This document shows, piece by piece, positions 16,802 to 26,641 of a DNA stretch of 64,000 nucleotides. The notes under the pieces are model-generated. The model made no database searches. It worked only from the letters and a program-made list of their open reading frames with translations, and was not told the DNA's origin. The stretch is from Bdellovibrionota bacterium (GTDB taxonomy: Bacteria > Bdellovibrionota > Bdellovibrionia > Bdellovibrionales > JAEYZS01). The position numbers and the translations under genes were made by a program. The stretch spans positions 12,546 through 76,545 of the forward strand of contig CAUJEF010000007.1 of NCBI GenBank assembly GCA_963169515.1, written 5' to 3'. The stretch's first letter is position 1. Every line of letters begins with the position of its first letter.

Positions 16802-17674
16802 TCAACGCAGGCTTGCCTTAAGAGTTGATCCCAGTTCCGCAGGAGACTTTGAAATGTGAGCGCCCGCCGAACGGAGAGCTTCGAACTTTGCAGCGGCAGT
16901 GCCTTTTCCGCCGCTGATGATGGCTCCAGCATGACCCATGCGCTTTCCTGCTGGGGCCGATGCGCCAGCAATAAATGCTGTGACGGGCTTTTTAAATTCG
17001 CGCTTGATATATTCCGCAGCATCTTCCTCTGCGGTTCCGCCGATTTCGCCAATCATAATTACTGCGTCTGTATTTGGGTCTTTATTAAACATTTCTAATA
17101 CGTCAATAAAATTTGTTCCGTTCACAGGATCGCCACCAATACCAACACAAGAGCTTTGACCCAGCCCTAATTTTGTAAGTTGATCGACAGCAACGTAAGT
17201 GAGTGTTCCCGATCGCGATAGAACGCCAATTCGACCAGCTTTGTGTATGTACCCGGGCATAATTCCAATTTTACATTCACCTGGGGTTATGACGCCTGGA
17301 CAGTTGGGTCCGATCAGTCGACTTTTAGATCCGTTTAAGTATTTTTTTACTTTGACCATATCTAGAACTGGAATTCCCTCTGTGATGCAAACCACCAGTT
17401 CTATTTCTGCGTCAATTGCCTCCATAATCGCGTCGGCAGCAAATGGTGGGGGCACATAAATTACTGAAGCATTACAGTTTGTTTTTTCTTTTGCCTCACA
17501 AACAGTATTAAAAACGGGAAGATTCAGGTGCTTCGTGCCTCCCTTTCCAGGGGTGACTCCGCCAACCATCTTTGTTCCATACTGAATAGCCTGTTCAGAG
17601 TGAAATGTTCCTTGGGATCCCGTAAAACCTTGGCAAATTACCCGTGTGTTTTTATTTACAAGAATCGACATCAC
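16802..17674 (-). CDS. sucD: Succinyl-CoA synthetase alpha subunit
   Basis: 290 aa. It has [25 protein letters not shown] and MGHAGAI. Confidence 0.95.
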   Translation of the reverse strand: MMSILVNKNTRVICQGFTGSQGTFHSEQAIQYGTKMVGGVTPGKGGTKHLNLPVFNTVCEAKEKTNCNASVIYVPPPFAADAIMEAIDAEIELVVCITEGIPVLDMVKVKKYLNGSKSRLIGPNCPGVITPGECKIGIMPGYIHKAGRIGVLSRSGTLTYVAVDQLTKLGLGQSSCVGIGGDPVNGTNFIDVLEMFNKDPNTDAVIMIGEIGGTAEEDAAEYIKREFKKPVTAFIAGASAPAGKRMGHAGAIISGGKGTAAAKFEALRSAGAHISKSPAELGSTLKASLR

Positions 17675-18837
17675 TTACCTTTCGCGGCGTGAACTGCTTT
17701 TTGAGCCGCATCTGCCAATTCGTCAGCAGAAATAATATTTAATCCGGATTTTTGAAGAATTTCTTTCCCTTTTTCGACGTTTGTTCCTGCCAGCCGCACG
17801 ACAAGGGGAACTTTTAACCCCACCTCTTTCGAGGCCGCAATTACGCCTTCAGCAATAATGTCACACTTCATAATTCCGCCAAAAATATTTACCAGAATTG
17901 CACGAACATTTTGATCCTTTAAAATGATTTTGAACGCAGCGGCCACCTTTTCTTTGCTCGCGCCTCCGCCAACATCTAAAAAATTTGCAGGCTCACCACC
18001 ATGAAGCTTAATTAAATCCATTGTGGCCATGGCAAGACCGGCTCCATTGACAAGGCAGCCGATACTTCCATCAAGCTTAATAAATGCTAATTCATAGCGG
18101 CTTGCTTCGATTTCTGTTGGGTTTTCTTCGGTTAGGTCACGCATTTCCATAACGGCGGGTTGCCTGAAAAGCGCATTGTCATCAAAATTCATCTTTGCAT
18201 CGAGCGCTAAAAGCTTTCCGTCCTCGGTTTCCACGAGGGGATTGATTTCTGCCATGGAACAATCTTTTTTGATGAATGTTTCGTATAAACCACTAAACAA
18301 CTGGGTGGCTTGTTTAACCAAGCTTGCGTTCATGCCGATCCCAAACGCTAATTTTCGAGCGTGAAATCCGTTGAAGCCTGTTGCGGGATCGATCTCTATT
18401 GTAATGATTTTTTCAGGATGTGTTTCTGCCACTTTTTCAATTTCGACGCCTCCTTCGCTACTTGCCATCATTGCCACTTTTCCCGTCGTACGATCTACCA
18501 GGGCCGCAACGTAGTATTCCTTTTTAATTTTACAACCCTCTTCGATAAGTACTTTTTGTACTTCCTTACCCTCTGGACCCGTTTGATGTGTAACGAGGGT
18601 TTTTCCAAGGATATTTTTGGCATACTCGCGAACTTCATCGATCGATTTTGCAAGTTTTACGCCCCCGGCTTTTCCTCGGCCTCCGGCATGAATTTGAGCT
18701 TTGACCACCCAAACAGGGCCGCCAATTTTCTTTGCAACCTTGACTGCGTCTTCTGGCGTAAGGGCGATATCGCCCTGTAATACGGGAACGCCGAACTCTT
18801 TTAGAAGCTGTTTTGCCTGATATTCATGGATATTCAT
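17671..18837 (-). CDS. sucC: Succinyl-CoA synthetase beta subunit
   Basis: 388 aa with [12 protein letters not shown] and the ATP-grasp pattern. A 4-nt overlap links it to sucD. Confidence 0.95.
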   Translation of the reverse strand: MNIHEYQAKQLLKEFGVPVLQGDIALTPEDAVKVAKKIGGPVWVVKAQIHAGGRGKAGGVKLAKSIDEVREYAKNILGKTLVTHQTGPEGKEVQKVLIEEGCKIKKEYYVAALVDRTTGKVAMMASSEGGVEIEKVAETHPEKIITIEIDPATGFNGFHARKLAFGIGMNASLVKQATQLFSGLYETFIKKDCSMAEINPLVETEDGKLLALDAKMNFDDNALFRQPAVMEMRDLTEENPTEIEASRYELAFIKLDGSIGCLVNGAGLAMATMDLIKLHGGEPANFLDVGGGASKEKVAAAFKIILKDQNVRAILVNIFGGIMKCDIIAEGVIAASKEVGLKVPLVVRLAGTNVEKGKEILQKSGLNIISADELADAAQKAVHAAKGK

Positions 18838-18858
18838 CCGAAAGATCCCCTCGAAAAA

Positions 18859-19800
18859 TTATGATAATTTTTTTAACGCTTCTACCAGGTCTTTTACTGC
18901 GGCGGCAGAGCTGTCAAGCATCCGTTTTTCTTCGTCGTTTAATTTCATTTCAATAATTTTTTCTACACCGCTGCCGCCAATTAAAGCAGGAACGCCTACA
19001 AATAGATTTTTGTAACCGTATTCGCCCTCGCAAAGTGCCGCGCATGGAATGATACGTTTTTTATCTTTCAAAATCGTCTCGGCCATTTGTACTGCGGAAG
19101 CAGAGGGAGCATAGTAGGCGGAGCCTGTCTTTAATAGGCCGACAATTTCTGCGCCACCAGTCCGCGTTCTTTGAATAAGCGCCTCGAGCTTTTCCTTTGG
19201 CATGAGTTCTGTGAGCGGAACCCCGCCAACAAGAGTATGGCGTGGCATCGGGACCATTGTATCCCCATGACCGCCGAGAACGATCGCCTGGATATCTTCG
19301 ACGCTTACATTGAGTTCTTCAGAAATAAACATTTTAAATCGAGCCGTATCCAATACCCCAGCCATGCCCATGATCCTGTTTTTTGGCATTTTCATAGTTT
19401 CATATGCAACGTAAGTCATTGCATCCAAAGGATTTGAAACAACTATGACAAATGCGTTCGGGCAAAATTCGCGAAGTCCAGTGCAAACATCTTTCATAAT
19501 TTTTGCATTCGTGGATAGAAGATCGTCGCGGCTCATGCCGGGCTTGCGGGGAAGACCCGCTGTAATGATCACAACGTCAGAGCCCGCTGTATCTTTATAG
19601 TTTGCGGTGCCGATTATTTTTGCGTCGAACCCTTCGACGGGCCCGGCTTGTGCAAGGTCAAGAGCCTTTCCTTTTGCGGCGCCCTCGTTGATGTCAAGGA
19701 TAACAACATCGGCTAATTCTTTTGCGGCAATCCAGTGCGCACACGTTGACCCAACGAATCCGGCTCCAATTACGCTTATTTTTTTTCTTCTGTGTTCCAT
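18859..19800 (-). CDS. mdh: Malate dehydrogenase (LDH-like)
   Basis: 313 aa. It has [28 protein letters not shown] and GGHGD. Confidence 0.9.
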   Translation of the reverse strand: MEHRRKKISVIGAGFVGSTCAHWIAAKELADVVILDINEGAAKGKALDLAQAGPVEGFDAKIIGTANYKDTAGSDVVIITAGLPRKPGMSRDDLLSTNAKIMKDVCTGLREFCPNAFVIVVSNPLDAMTYVAYETMKMPKNRIMGMAGVLDTARFKMFISEELNVSVEDIQAIVLGGHGDTMVPMPRHTLVGGVPLTELMPKEKLEALIQRTRTGGAEIVGLLKTGSAYYAPSASAVQMAETILKDKKRIIPCAALCEGEYGYKNLFVGVPALIGGSGVEKIIEMKLNDEEKRMLDSSAAAVKDLVEALKKLS

Positions 19801-19812
19801 GTGGCCTCCATC

Positions 19813-21054
19813 TTACATATTTTTAATGATTTCGTCCCCGAACTCTGAACATTTCAATAGCGTTGCCCCTTCCATTTGTCGGTGGAAGTCATAGGTGACG
19901 CGTTTATTTTTTATTGCCTTCTGCAATCCATTTTCTATTAATTCTCCTGCTTCTTTCCAGCCCATATATTCAAACATCATTACACCAGAAAGGATAACTG
20001 ATCCGGGGTTAACCTTGTCTTGGCCTGCGTATTTGGGCGCAGTTCCGTGTGTTGCCTCAAAAACAGCTAGTCCGTGACCGATATTCGCACCGGGAGCAAT
20101 CCCCAGCCCACCTACTTGGGCGGCGAGAGCGTCGCTCATGTAATCGCCATTCAAATTTGTAAGCGCAAGAATTGAATACTCATCGGGCCTCAATAAAGCC
20201 TGCTGGAACATATTGTCTGCGATACGATCTTTGATCACAATTCTTCCAACGGGAGCCTTGCCGCCATGCTTTTCATAAACGTCATTTTCGGTAATTGTAA
20301 CATCGGCAAATTCGGCGGCTGCGACTTGATAACCCCAATCTTTGAATGCGCCCTCTGTAAACTTCATAATATTTCCTTTATGAACCAGGGTAACCGAAGG
20401 CAGTTTCTTTTCGATAGCGTATTGGATTGCTTTTCTAACAAGACGTTTCGAGCCGAACTCGCTGACGGGCTTGATCCCAATTGCAGAGTTTTCACGGACT
20501 TTTTTATCAAGCTTAGTAATTAAATCAATCACGGTGTTCGCTTCTTTGGAGCCCGCGGCCCACTCAACGCCCGCGTATAAATCTTCCGTATTTTCACGGA
20601 AGATTGTCATGTCTACGTCTTGTGGGCGTTTTACTGGGGCAGGAACGCCTTCATACCACTTGCAGGGTCGGATACACGCGTATAAATCCAATTCCTTCCG
20701 AAGGGCTACATTGATGGATCGAATTCCTTTTCCCACGGGGGTTTCAAGCGGTCCTTTAATCGAGACAACGTGTTCGCGTAAAGCTTCGATCATTTCGTCG
20801 GGGACATACTCATTGTAAAGTTTGTGCGCCTTTGATCCCGCGTAAACCTCGCACCACGCAATTTTTCTTTTGCCCATATATGCTTTTTTAACGGCAGCAT
20901 CGAATACCTTTGCGGAAGCGCGCCAGATATCTGGACCTGTTCCGTCGCCTTCGATAAAATTGATGATTGGATTATCAGGAACTTCCAGCTTTCCATTGGA
21001 CGAAATACGAATTTTTTCGCCATCAGGAACCTGAATAAATTTGTATTGAGACAT
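19813..21054 (-). CDS. icd: NADP-dependent isocitrate dehydrogenase
   Basis: 413 aa. It has [29 protein letters not shown] and [17 protein letters not shown]. Confidence 0.95.
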   Translation of the reverse strand: MSQYKFIQVPDGEKIRISSNGKLEVPDNPIINFIEGDGTGPDIWRASAKVFDAAVKKAYMGKRKIAWCEVYAGSKAHKLYNEYVPDEMIEALREHVVSIKGPLETPVGKGIRSINVALRKELDLYACIRPCKWYEGVPAPVKRPQDVDMTIFRENTEDLYAGVEWAAGSKEANTVIDLITKLDKKVRENSAIGIKPVSEFGSKRLVRKAIQYAIEKKLPSVTLVHKGNIMKFTEGAFKDWGYQVAAAEFADVTITENDVYEKHGGKAPVGRIVIKDRIADNMFQQALLRPDEYSILALTNLNGDYMSDALAAQVGGLGIAPGANIGHGLAVFEATHGTAPKYAGQDKVNPGSVILSGVMMFEYMGWKEAGELIENGLQKAIKNKRVTYDFHRQMEGATLLKCSEFGDEIIKNM

Positions 21055-21175
21055 GAGTATCCTCTTGTTTTTATATTGGATAAGAAGAACAATTAATAAT
21101 CATAAAGTAGTGCGAATGAAAAGAAAGAGTTTTGGTGTCGGTATTTTTCGTGTTGCAGCCGCGTTATGAGGAATT

Positions 21176-21934
21176 ATGTTTGAACTAGAATTGCAGCAAG
21201 TCTCACATCAATTTAGCCATGATGAACTGTTGAAAAATGTTAGCCTTCAAATTCGAAAAGGCGAAAAATGGGTGTTGATCGGACCTAGCGGCCAGGGGAA
21301 AACTACGTTGCTCAAAACCTTGGCCGGGATCCTTGCTCCCACAGAGGGGCGGGTTTTAATTCAGGGCCAAAACCTTTTGGCATTACGCGGCGAAAAGCGC
21401 GATCAGTTGCAGCGGAAAATGGGGATGCTTTTTCAAAAAAATGCCTTATTTGACTCACTTACGGTTGCAGATAATGTCGCTTTTCCGCTACGCGAAACAA
21501 CGCGGTTGCCAGAAAGTGAAATTCAAAGGCGAGTTCAATTTTATCTTAATTCTGTGGGCTTGGAACACGTACTTCATAATTTTCCAGATGAAATCAGTGG
21601 CGGTATGCAAAAACGATTGGGAATTGCACGAGCACTTGCCCTGGAACCAGAGATTATTTTTTATGATGACCCTACGGCGGGCTTGGACCCTATAACGAGC
21701 CGGAAGATTATCGAGTTGATTTTGGATTTACAGAAAAAAAACAATTCTACCCTTGTAGCAATTACAAATGACATGAAACGAGCCTATCAAATGGCAGATC
21801 GCATAGGTTTTGTGCTAAGGGGAAATTTCATTTTAACCGGAACAGTGGAGGAGACCAGGCAACACTCCGATCAGCGAGTTCAACAATTCATTCGGGGCGC
21901 ACTCCAGGGTCCGCTGACCGCAGGGGTTTCATGA
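21176..21934 (+). CDS. MlaF-like ABC ATPase, degenerate catalytic motifs
   Basis: Walker A is GPSGQGKTT and the signature is ISGGMQKR. Walker B is IIFYDDPTAGLDP (Asp instead of the catalytic Glu). The H-loop is LVAITNDM (Asn instead of His). Confidence 0.85.
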   Translation: MFELELQQVSHQFSHDELLKNVSLQIRKGEKWVLIGPSGQGKTTLLKTLAGILAPTEGRVLIQGQNLLALRGEKRDQLQRKMGMLFQKNALFDSLTVADNVAFPLRETTRLPESEIQRRVQFYLNSVGLEHVLHNFPDEISGGMQKRLGIARALALEPEIIFYDDPTAGLDPITSRKIIELILDLQKKNNSTLVAITNDMKRAYQMADRIGFVLRGNFILTGTVEETRQHSDQRVQQFIRGALQGPLTAGVS

Positions 21935-22653
21935 TTGAATTCAAAAATGTTGTGAAATCATTTGGACAAAAGACAGTTTTAAATAAGGTTTCATTTAAGA
22001 TTGAAAGGGGTCAGATAGTTTTTATTTTAGGCATATCGGGGACTGGAAAGTCTGTAATGCTGAAAAACATTGTTGGGCTCTTGACCCCCGATGCGGGAGA
22101 AATTTGGGTAGATGGAGTCGATGCTGCAAAATTATCTGAGGAGTCCTATGGACCAATTAGAAAAAAATGCGGAATGGTATTTCAACAACCAGCCTTATTT
22201 GATTCCATGACTGTTTTTGAAAACATTGCGTTTGGATTGCGGAAGCATTTCCAATTGCCTGAAAGCGAAATCAAATCGCGTGTCTTAAAAGCGCTATCGT
22301 TGGTAAATTTGGATGACATCGGGGAAAGGTTTCCTTCGAATATTTCATATGGCATGCAAAAGCGAGTCAGCCTGGCAAGAACCATTATTATAGAGCCCGA
22401 GATCTTGCTTTTTGACGAACCAACAACTGGGTTGGATCCGATAACAACAAACGCCATCAACAGTTTAATTCAAGATCTTTCGCGAAGGTTGAAGACAACG
22501 TCATTGGTTGTAAGCCATGATATGAACTGCGCCCTTGCAATCGCAGACCGGATTATTGTTTTAGATCGAGGCATGATTGTAGAGGATGGAACTGTGGAGA
22601 GCGTTCGAAACAGTAAGGTTCCGCTGGTAAAAGATTTTTTGGCTGAGGTTTGA
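21931..22653 (+). CDS. mlaF: MlaF-like ABC ATPase, canonical catalytic motifs
   Basis: Walker A is GISGTGKSV, Walker B is ILLFDEPTTGLDP and the H-loop is LVVSHDM. The signature is atypical (ISYGMQKR). A 4-nt overlap links it to the upstream ATPase. Confidence 0.85.
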   Translation: MIEFKNVVKSFGQKTVLNKVSFKIERGQIVFILGISGTGKSVMLKNIVGLLTPDAGEIWVDGVDAAKLSEESYGPIRKKCGMVFQQPALFDSMTVFENIAFGLRKHFQLPESEIKSRVLKALSLVNLDDIGERFPSNISYGMQKRVSLARTIIIEPEILLFDEPTTGLDPITTNAINSLIQDLSRRLKTTSLVVSHDMNCALAIADRIIVLDRGMIVEDGTVESVRNSKVPLVKDFLAEV

Positions 22654-23432
22654 TGGTGTTTATGCGAATCAAAGTTTTAATAGATGATATTGGTGGAGGG
22701 ATTCTGTTCCTTGGGCAGATTATTTTAACAGCCATCCGTACCCCGGCGAAGATAGACCTCACCTTGGAGCAAATTTACAAAGTGACGGCCCAAAGTTTTG
22801 CTACAACCGCGATGGCTGGATTTTTTGTCGGGGCAATAATGACAATCCAGTTTACCATGCAATTAAATGAATTTTCGGCTCTAGAATACTTGGGCGGAAT
22901 TTCAACCAGCGCAACCCTTCGTGAAGTGGGGCCACTATTAATTGCATTTATGCTGAGTGGGAAGGTTGGGGCATTCACTGCGGCGGAGCTTGGAACCATG
23001 CGCGTAACCGAGCAAATAGATGCGATTCGATGCCTTGGGGCAAACCCAATCCGTGAAATCATAGTACCGCGGTTTTTTGGAATTGTAACGGCAAGCTTTG
23101 TCTTGCTTTCGGGTGGGCTGGTTTTATCTATTATAGGGGGGCTTTTGATGGGGGGGCTCTTTGCCGAAGTTTCTTTCCAAGAATATGTTCGGCATATTCC
23201 GACCCTTGTGACGATGCCATCCATATTTAATGGACTGTTTAAAAGCTTTGTTTTTGCGTTCTTAATCGCAACAATTTGCACCTACCGTGGGTATACGGCA
23301 ACGGGTGGGGCAAAGGGTGTGGGCAAAGCCGTTTTACAAACAGCGGTTGCTTGCATGATTGCCATTGTGCTTTCAGACTGGGTGACAACTGTTTTTACCG
23401 ATACGGCGTTGACGCTAATAAGGGGCGAATAA
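22653..23432 (+). CDS. mlaE: MlaE-family ABC permease (paralog 1)
   Basis: Polytopic. It has LREVGPLLIAFMLSGKVGAFTAAELGTMRVTEQIDAIRCLG, typical of MlaE/YrbE. The ATG overlaps the upstream TGA (TGATG). Confidence 0.85.
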   Translation: MVFMRIKVLIDDIGGGILFLGQIILTAIRTPAKIDLTLEQIYKVTAQSFATTAMAGFFVGAIMTIQFTMQLNEFSALEYLGGISTSATLREVGPLLIAFMLSGKVGAFTAAELGTMRVTEQIDAIRCLGANPIREIIVPRFFGIVTASFVLLSGGLVLSIIGGLLMGGLFAEVSFQEYVRHIPTLVTMPSIFNGLFKSFVFAFLIATICTYRGYTATGGAKGVGKAVLQTAVACMIAIVLSDWVTTVFTDTALTLIRGE

Positions 23433-23433
23433 A

Positions 23434-24213
23434 TTGGTGTTTGTTGATTCCATCGGCTTAATTTTAATACAAGCGGGCAAAACGCTAGCTGATTTTCTGG
23501 GAATGTTGAAAGAAACATTCCAGGCGCTATTTCGACCACCGTTTCGTGTTGGGCTGATTATCCAACATATAGAATTTATTGCGAACAGAAGCGTCGGGAT
23601 CATCGTTTTCTGCGTTAGTTTTGCTGCAATGGTGACGATTATGGAATCATCCTATCACATGAAATTAGTTTTGCAGGAAGACTCATTGGTGCCGGGCTTT
23701 GCGGCGTTACTTATATTGAGAGAATTGGGATCTGTGTTAGCAGCATTGCTTTTAACTTCTAAAATTGGAGCGGGAATTACTGCCGAAATAGGTACCATGA
23801 CCGTAACCGAACAAATAGATGCGCTAAAAATGCTGAGTATTAATCCTGTTCAGTACTTAGTTGTTCCAAGATTAATTGCGTGCATATTAAGTGGGTTAGC
23901 GCTTGCTGTAATTTCGAACCTAGTGTGCTTGATTTCAGCGATGGGGATAAGCGTTGCCAATCTTGGAATGTCCACGGGGTCATTTCTTTTAGCAATGAAT
24001 CGGTTTGTCATTTTCCAAGATTTGGTGTTTGCTATTATAAAGGGCGGCGTTTTTGGAGCGGTGATCCCGCTTATTGCGTGTTATTGGGGGTTCCGCTGTA
24101 CTGCGGGAGCACAGGGCGTAGGGCAAGCAACAACACGAAGTGTAGTAACGGCTTCGGTTGCGATCATCGTGTTAGATTTTGTGATGTCGTGGATTTTTGC
24201 CCATTTTTATTGA
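23434..24213 (+). CDS. MlaE-family ABC permease (paralog 2)
   Basis: It has LRELGSVLAALLLTSKIGAGITAEIGTMTVTEQIDALKMLS. The TTG start lies 1 nt after the upstream stop. Confidence 0.8.
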   Translation: MVFVDSIGLILIQAGKTLADFLGMLKETFQALFRPPFRVGLIIQHIEFIANRSVGIIVFCVSFAAMVTIMESSYHMKLVLQEDSLVPGFAALLILRELGSVLAALLLTSKIGAGITAEIGTMTVTEQIDALKMLSINPVQYLVVPRLIACILSGLALAVISNLVCLISAMGISVANLGMSTGSFLLAMNRFVIFQDLVFAIIKGGVFGAVIPLIACYWGFRCTAGAQGVGQATTRSVVTASVAIIVLDFVMSWIFAHFY

Positions 24214-24246
24214 TGGTTTGGTTTTCGAGTACGATTTAGGGTGAAT

Positions 24247-25023
24247 ATGAAAATAGAAACTAAGGTTGGCTTGCTTTTTTTGATTTCGATTTTATTTGTG
24301 GTTGGGTTTGCCTATCTGTTGGGCGATATGAACCCATTCGCCCGCACTGAAATATTAAATGTAACATATAATTACGCAGGAGGGATTCAAGAGGGCTCCC
24401 CTGTTCGCGTGATGGGTATCAAAGTGGGCAAGGTTCAACGCATAGATTTTGAACCGGAACAAAAAGACGAAAAGGGGCAAGAGGTTAAGTTGCGGCTCAA
24501 AATATCTATTGATCGAAAAGCGTGGGAAACGGTTCGCAAAGACAGTCGGTTTTATATCAACCTAGCGGGCGTTATTGGCGAGAAGTTTATTGAAATTACT
24601 CCGGGATCGATGGCAAGTGAAACATTCCGCCCTGGCGACACCGTTCGGGGCGAAGATCCGCCAAGGATTGATCAGCTGATTTCGCAGAGCTATGGACTTG
24701 CCGGAAAGATACTAGAAATGGTTGAGAATAATGAGGGCAGCATTACAAATACCATCGGAATGATGAATCAATTGGTGTCGAATTTAAATAAAACCCTTAC
24801 TTTGATCGATAAGAACAACAAAAATGGAGAAATAGGACATCTTTTGAACAATTTGGTCCAAATTACAGACGATGTTCGTGTAGTGAGTAAGCGTTTACGT
24901 TCCGAGGAGACAGGCAAAACAATCGATTTGATGCATAAATTAATATGGAGATTGGATGAATTGGATGCCAAAACAATAAAAAAATTCCTTCAAGAGGACG
25001 GAATTCGTGCAAAACTTTTTTAG
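24247..25023 (+). CDS. mlaD: MCE-domain substrate-binding protein (MlaD-like)
   Basis: An N-terminal TM segment (KVGLLFLISILFVVGFAYLL) is followed by an MCE core (GSPVRVMGIKVGKVQRI) and a C-terminal helical extension. The track start is 24241 (GTG). Confidence 0.8.
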   Translation: MKIETKVGLLFLISILFVVGFAYLLGDMNPFARTEILNVTYNYAGGIQEGSPVRVMGIKVGKVQRIDFEPEQKDEKGQEVKLRLKISIDRKAWETVRKDSRFYINLAGVIGEKFIEITPGSMASETFRPGDTVRGEDPPRIDQLISQSYGLAGKILEMVENNEGSITNTIGMMNQLVSNLNKTLTLIDKNNKNGEIGHLLNNLVQITDDVRVVSKRLRSEETGKTIDLMHKLIWRLDELDAKTIKKFLQEDGIRAKLF

Positions 25024-25573
25024 CTTCTTAGTTGTCTTGTTTGTTTCTCAAGCGGGCTTAGCGGCAGTCCTTGTTGAGGGCACCTCAAGCTCAGGGATGG
25101 AAATGCGTAAAACAAGACGCGTCGGTATTGGCCTTGTTGCGGCAGGCGCGGCAGGTATGGCGGGAACCAGCTTAGAACTCAACTTTTCTGAGAAGAGCGG
25201 AATTGTACTGGGATTTGGAGGGGGCTCGCCTTCGTATCAGACATTTGGAGTGCAATACAAAGGTGTTTTTGTTGGAGAATGGTTATTACCTTACTATACA
25301 TTTGGGTATACGCACTGGGAAAATTATGGACGAAAGGGGCCGATTACCGAAACCAATCCTAATTTTCTTGCCGACAAATTCTTGACGATGAAAGAAAAGC
25401 AGGAAGGGAAAATAAATGAAAACCTTATTTTTCCTGGGATCGGTATCCAATATGTGAAGCTCGGCGGATTTATGGCGGGGTCGTCACTTTATTTGGAGCT
25501 ACAAATACTTATGGATATTGGCGATTTTGTTGCGGCAGCAACGGGCACATTTGGGTACCTTTACTATTTCTAA
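25007..25573 (+). CDS. Small secreted protein, probable outer-membrane beta-barrel
   Basis: 188 aa with a GTG start overlapping the mlaD-like gene by 17 nt. It has a signal peptide (FLVVLFVSQAGLAA), Gly/aromatic-rich alternating segments and a C-terminal ...GYLYYF. Confidence 0.55.
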   Translation: MQNFFSFLVVLFVSQAGLAAVLVEGTSSSGMEMRKTRRVGIGLVAAGAAGMAGTSLELNFSEKSGIVLGFGGGSPSYQTFGVQYKGVFVGEWLLPYYTFGYTHWENYGRKGPITETNPNFLADKFLTMKEKQEGKINENLIFPGIGIQYVKLGGFMAGSSLYLELQILMDIGDFVAAATGTFGYLYYF

Positions 25574-25604
25574 AACAATTTAATAAGCTTATAGTTCGCA
25601 GAAA

Positions 25605-25638
25605 CAAAAAAGCCCCTGGATTTTGCCAGAGGCTTTTC
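25605..25638. terminator. Bidirectional rho-independent terminator
   Basis: aaaaaagcccctgg-attttg-ccagaggcttttca has a 9-bp stem with one mismatch. An A-run lies on one side and a T-run on the other, so on the minus strand the stem is followed by tttttt. Confidence 0.7.
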
Positions 25639-25667
25639 AAAGCATAAGCTTTGCTAGCTAAAGAAAA

Positions 25668-25751
25668 TTACTTTCTTTTTTTAGTAGCTTTTTTCTTAGT
25701 AGCTTTTTTCTTAGTAGCTTTCTTCTTTGTTCCTTTTTTCTTCTTTGCCAT
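25668..25751 (-). CDS. 27-aa poly-lysine micro-protein (MAKKKKGTKKKATKKKATKKKATKKRK)
   Basis: Absent from the ORF track because it is under 60 aa. Manual translation was used. The SD taAGGAGGaaac precedes the ATG at 25751 and the TAA stop is at 25668-25670. A strong terminator lies ~30 nt downstream on the same strand. Confidence 0.55.
   Translation of the reverse strand: MAKKKKGTKKKATKKKATKKKATKKRK
25681..25725. repeat. 15-bp tandem repeat x3 (encodes KKKAT units)
   Basis: ttagtagcttttttc / ttagtagcttttttc / ttagtagctttcttc is read directly. Confidence 0.9.
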
Positions 25752-25897
25752 GTTTCCTCCTTAGGGTCACATTTTTTGTTACAGCGATAACTGTCGCTTT
25801 CAATTCAAGGTTTGCATCCACGCAAGCTCACGTCAACCAGTTTTTTTTGCGAGCAAGTCCTTTTTTTGCAAAATCATTTGTTAGCAAGGGTGAAAGT

Positions 25898-26641
25898 ATG
25901 TTTTTCAGGTTGTTGATTACATTTTTCGGATACATATCCGTGTGTCGGATGTACAAAAAAGAAAACGAAAAAGGAATTTTATCGGGAAACCTTCTCAAGA
26001 AATGGTTTTTTGTTACAGTTATTGCAACTTTTTTTGTGTTTTTCGAATTTTTTGGTAGTGATTTTGCATATTGGACAAGCTTCTTTTCTTCACTTTTGTT
26101 TTTGCAGGTTACAATTTTTGTCACACGTACTTACAGAGAATCTAAATTTCGCTGTGAATTCCTGAATTTTATGGATCGTGTGGTTCTCCAGATGCAAACT
26201 GGACGTTCGTTTCGCGCTTCATTGCTGTCTGCGAACGAATCAACGACGGATTTTTTTAAACCAAAGCTTGAAAAAATAATTGAAAATGTTTTTTTTGGAA
26301 GAAATTTGCAGAAAATGAATAAAAACGATTTAATTTCTGAAATTTTGGAAGAATTTTCGATTATTGACCAAGCCCCACATCGATCTTTGCAGCGAGTACT
26401 CGCTTTTCGCCGCCAACTTAAAATTGAAGAGGAAATTCGACGTAAGTCCGGACAAAAGCAACGGCAAATACAAGTGCAGTCATGTATCTTGTCCTTATTA
26501 TATGTATGTACGCTTGCCTTTTTATATTTTCAATTCGACTGGCGTAAAAATATTGCGATCATACTGATTTCGCTTGGTTTTTTTCTGACCGGGACAGTTG
26601 TTGCGTATAAAATTGGTCGGAGAAATCTATGGAAAGCTTAA
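25898..26641 (+). CDS. TadB-like T2SSF-domain membrane protein (divergent)
   Basis: From Met MFFRLLITFFGYIS (ATG 25898). N-terminal TM segments are followed by a cytoplasmic helical domain (FMDRVVLQMQTGRSFRASLL...) and then RRQLKIEEEIRRKSGQKQRQIQVQSCILSLLYV plus C-terminal TM segments. This layout resembles TadB/GspF-type domains. The track ORF start at 25727 is an upstream open-frame artefact. Confidence 0.5.
   Translation: MFFRLLITFFGYISVCRMYKKENEKGILSGNLLKKWFFVTVIATFFVFFEFFGSDFAYWTSFFSSLLFLQVTIFVTRTYRESKFRCEFLNFMDRVVLQMQTGRSFRASLLSANESTTDFFKPKLEKIIENVFFGRNLQKMNKNDLISEILEEFSIIDQAPHRSLQRVLAFRRQLKIEEEIRRKSGQKQRQIQVQSCILSLLYVCTLAFLYFQFDWRKNIAIILISLGFFLTGTVVAYKIGRRNLWKA

Noticed and set aside
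22775-23281. 168-aa antisense ORF inside the mlaE-like gene. Similar antisense ORFs occur at 18361..18780, 20471..20818, 34683..35138, 59685..60071 and 30746..31081.
   Set aside because: All lie opposite or out of frame to genes with strong family motifs. They are typical shadow ORFs and have no independent support.
25681-25725. Possible CRISPR-like or regulatory tandem repeat (15 bp x3)
   Set aside because: The units are contiguous with no spacers and are too short for CRISPR. They are fully explained as the KKKAT-coding repeat of the micro-ORF.
25727-25897. N-terminal 57-codon extension of the TadB-like ORF (track start 25727). Similar extensions occur at 62183..62275 (tig), 62270..62326 (ArsA-like), 5134..5178 (flp) and 43407..43466 (ppiA).
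   Set aside because: The extensions lack SD sequences, read as low-complexity or non-homologous sequence, and overlap promoter, terminator or other genes. Internal Met codons with SD and family-typical N-termini are preferred.
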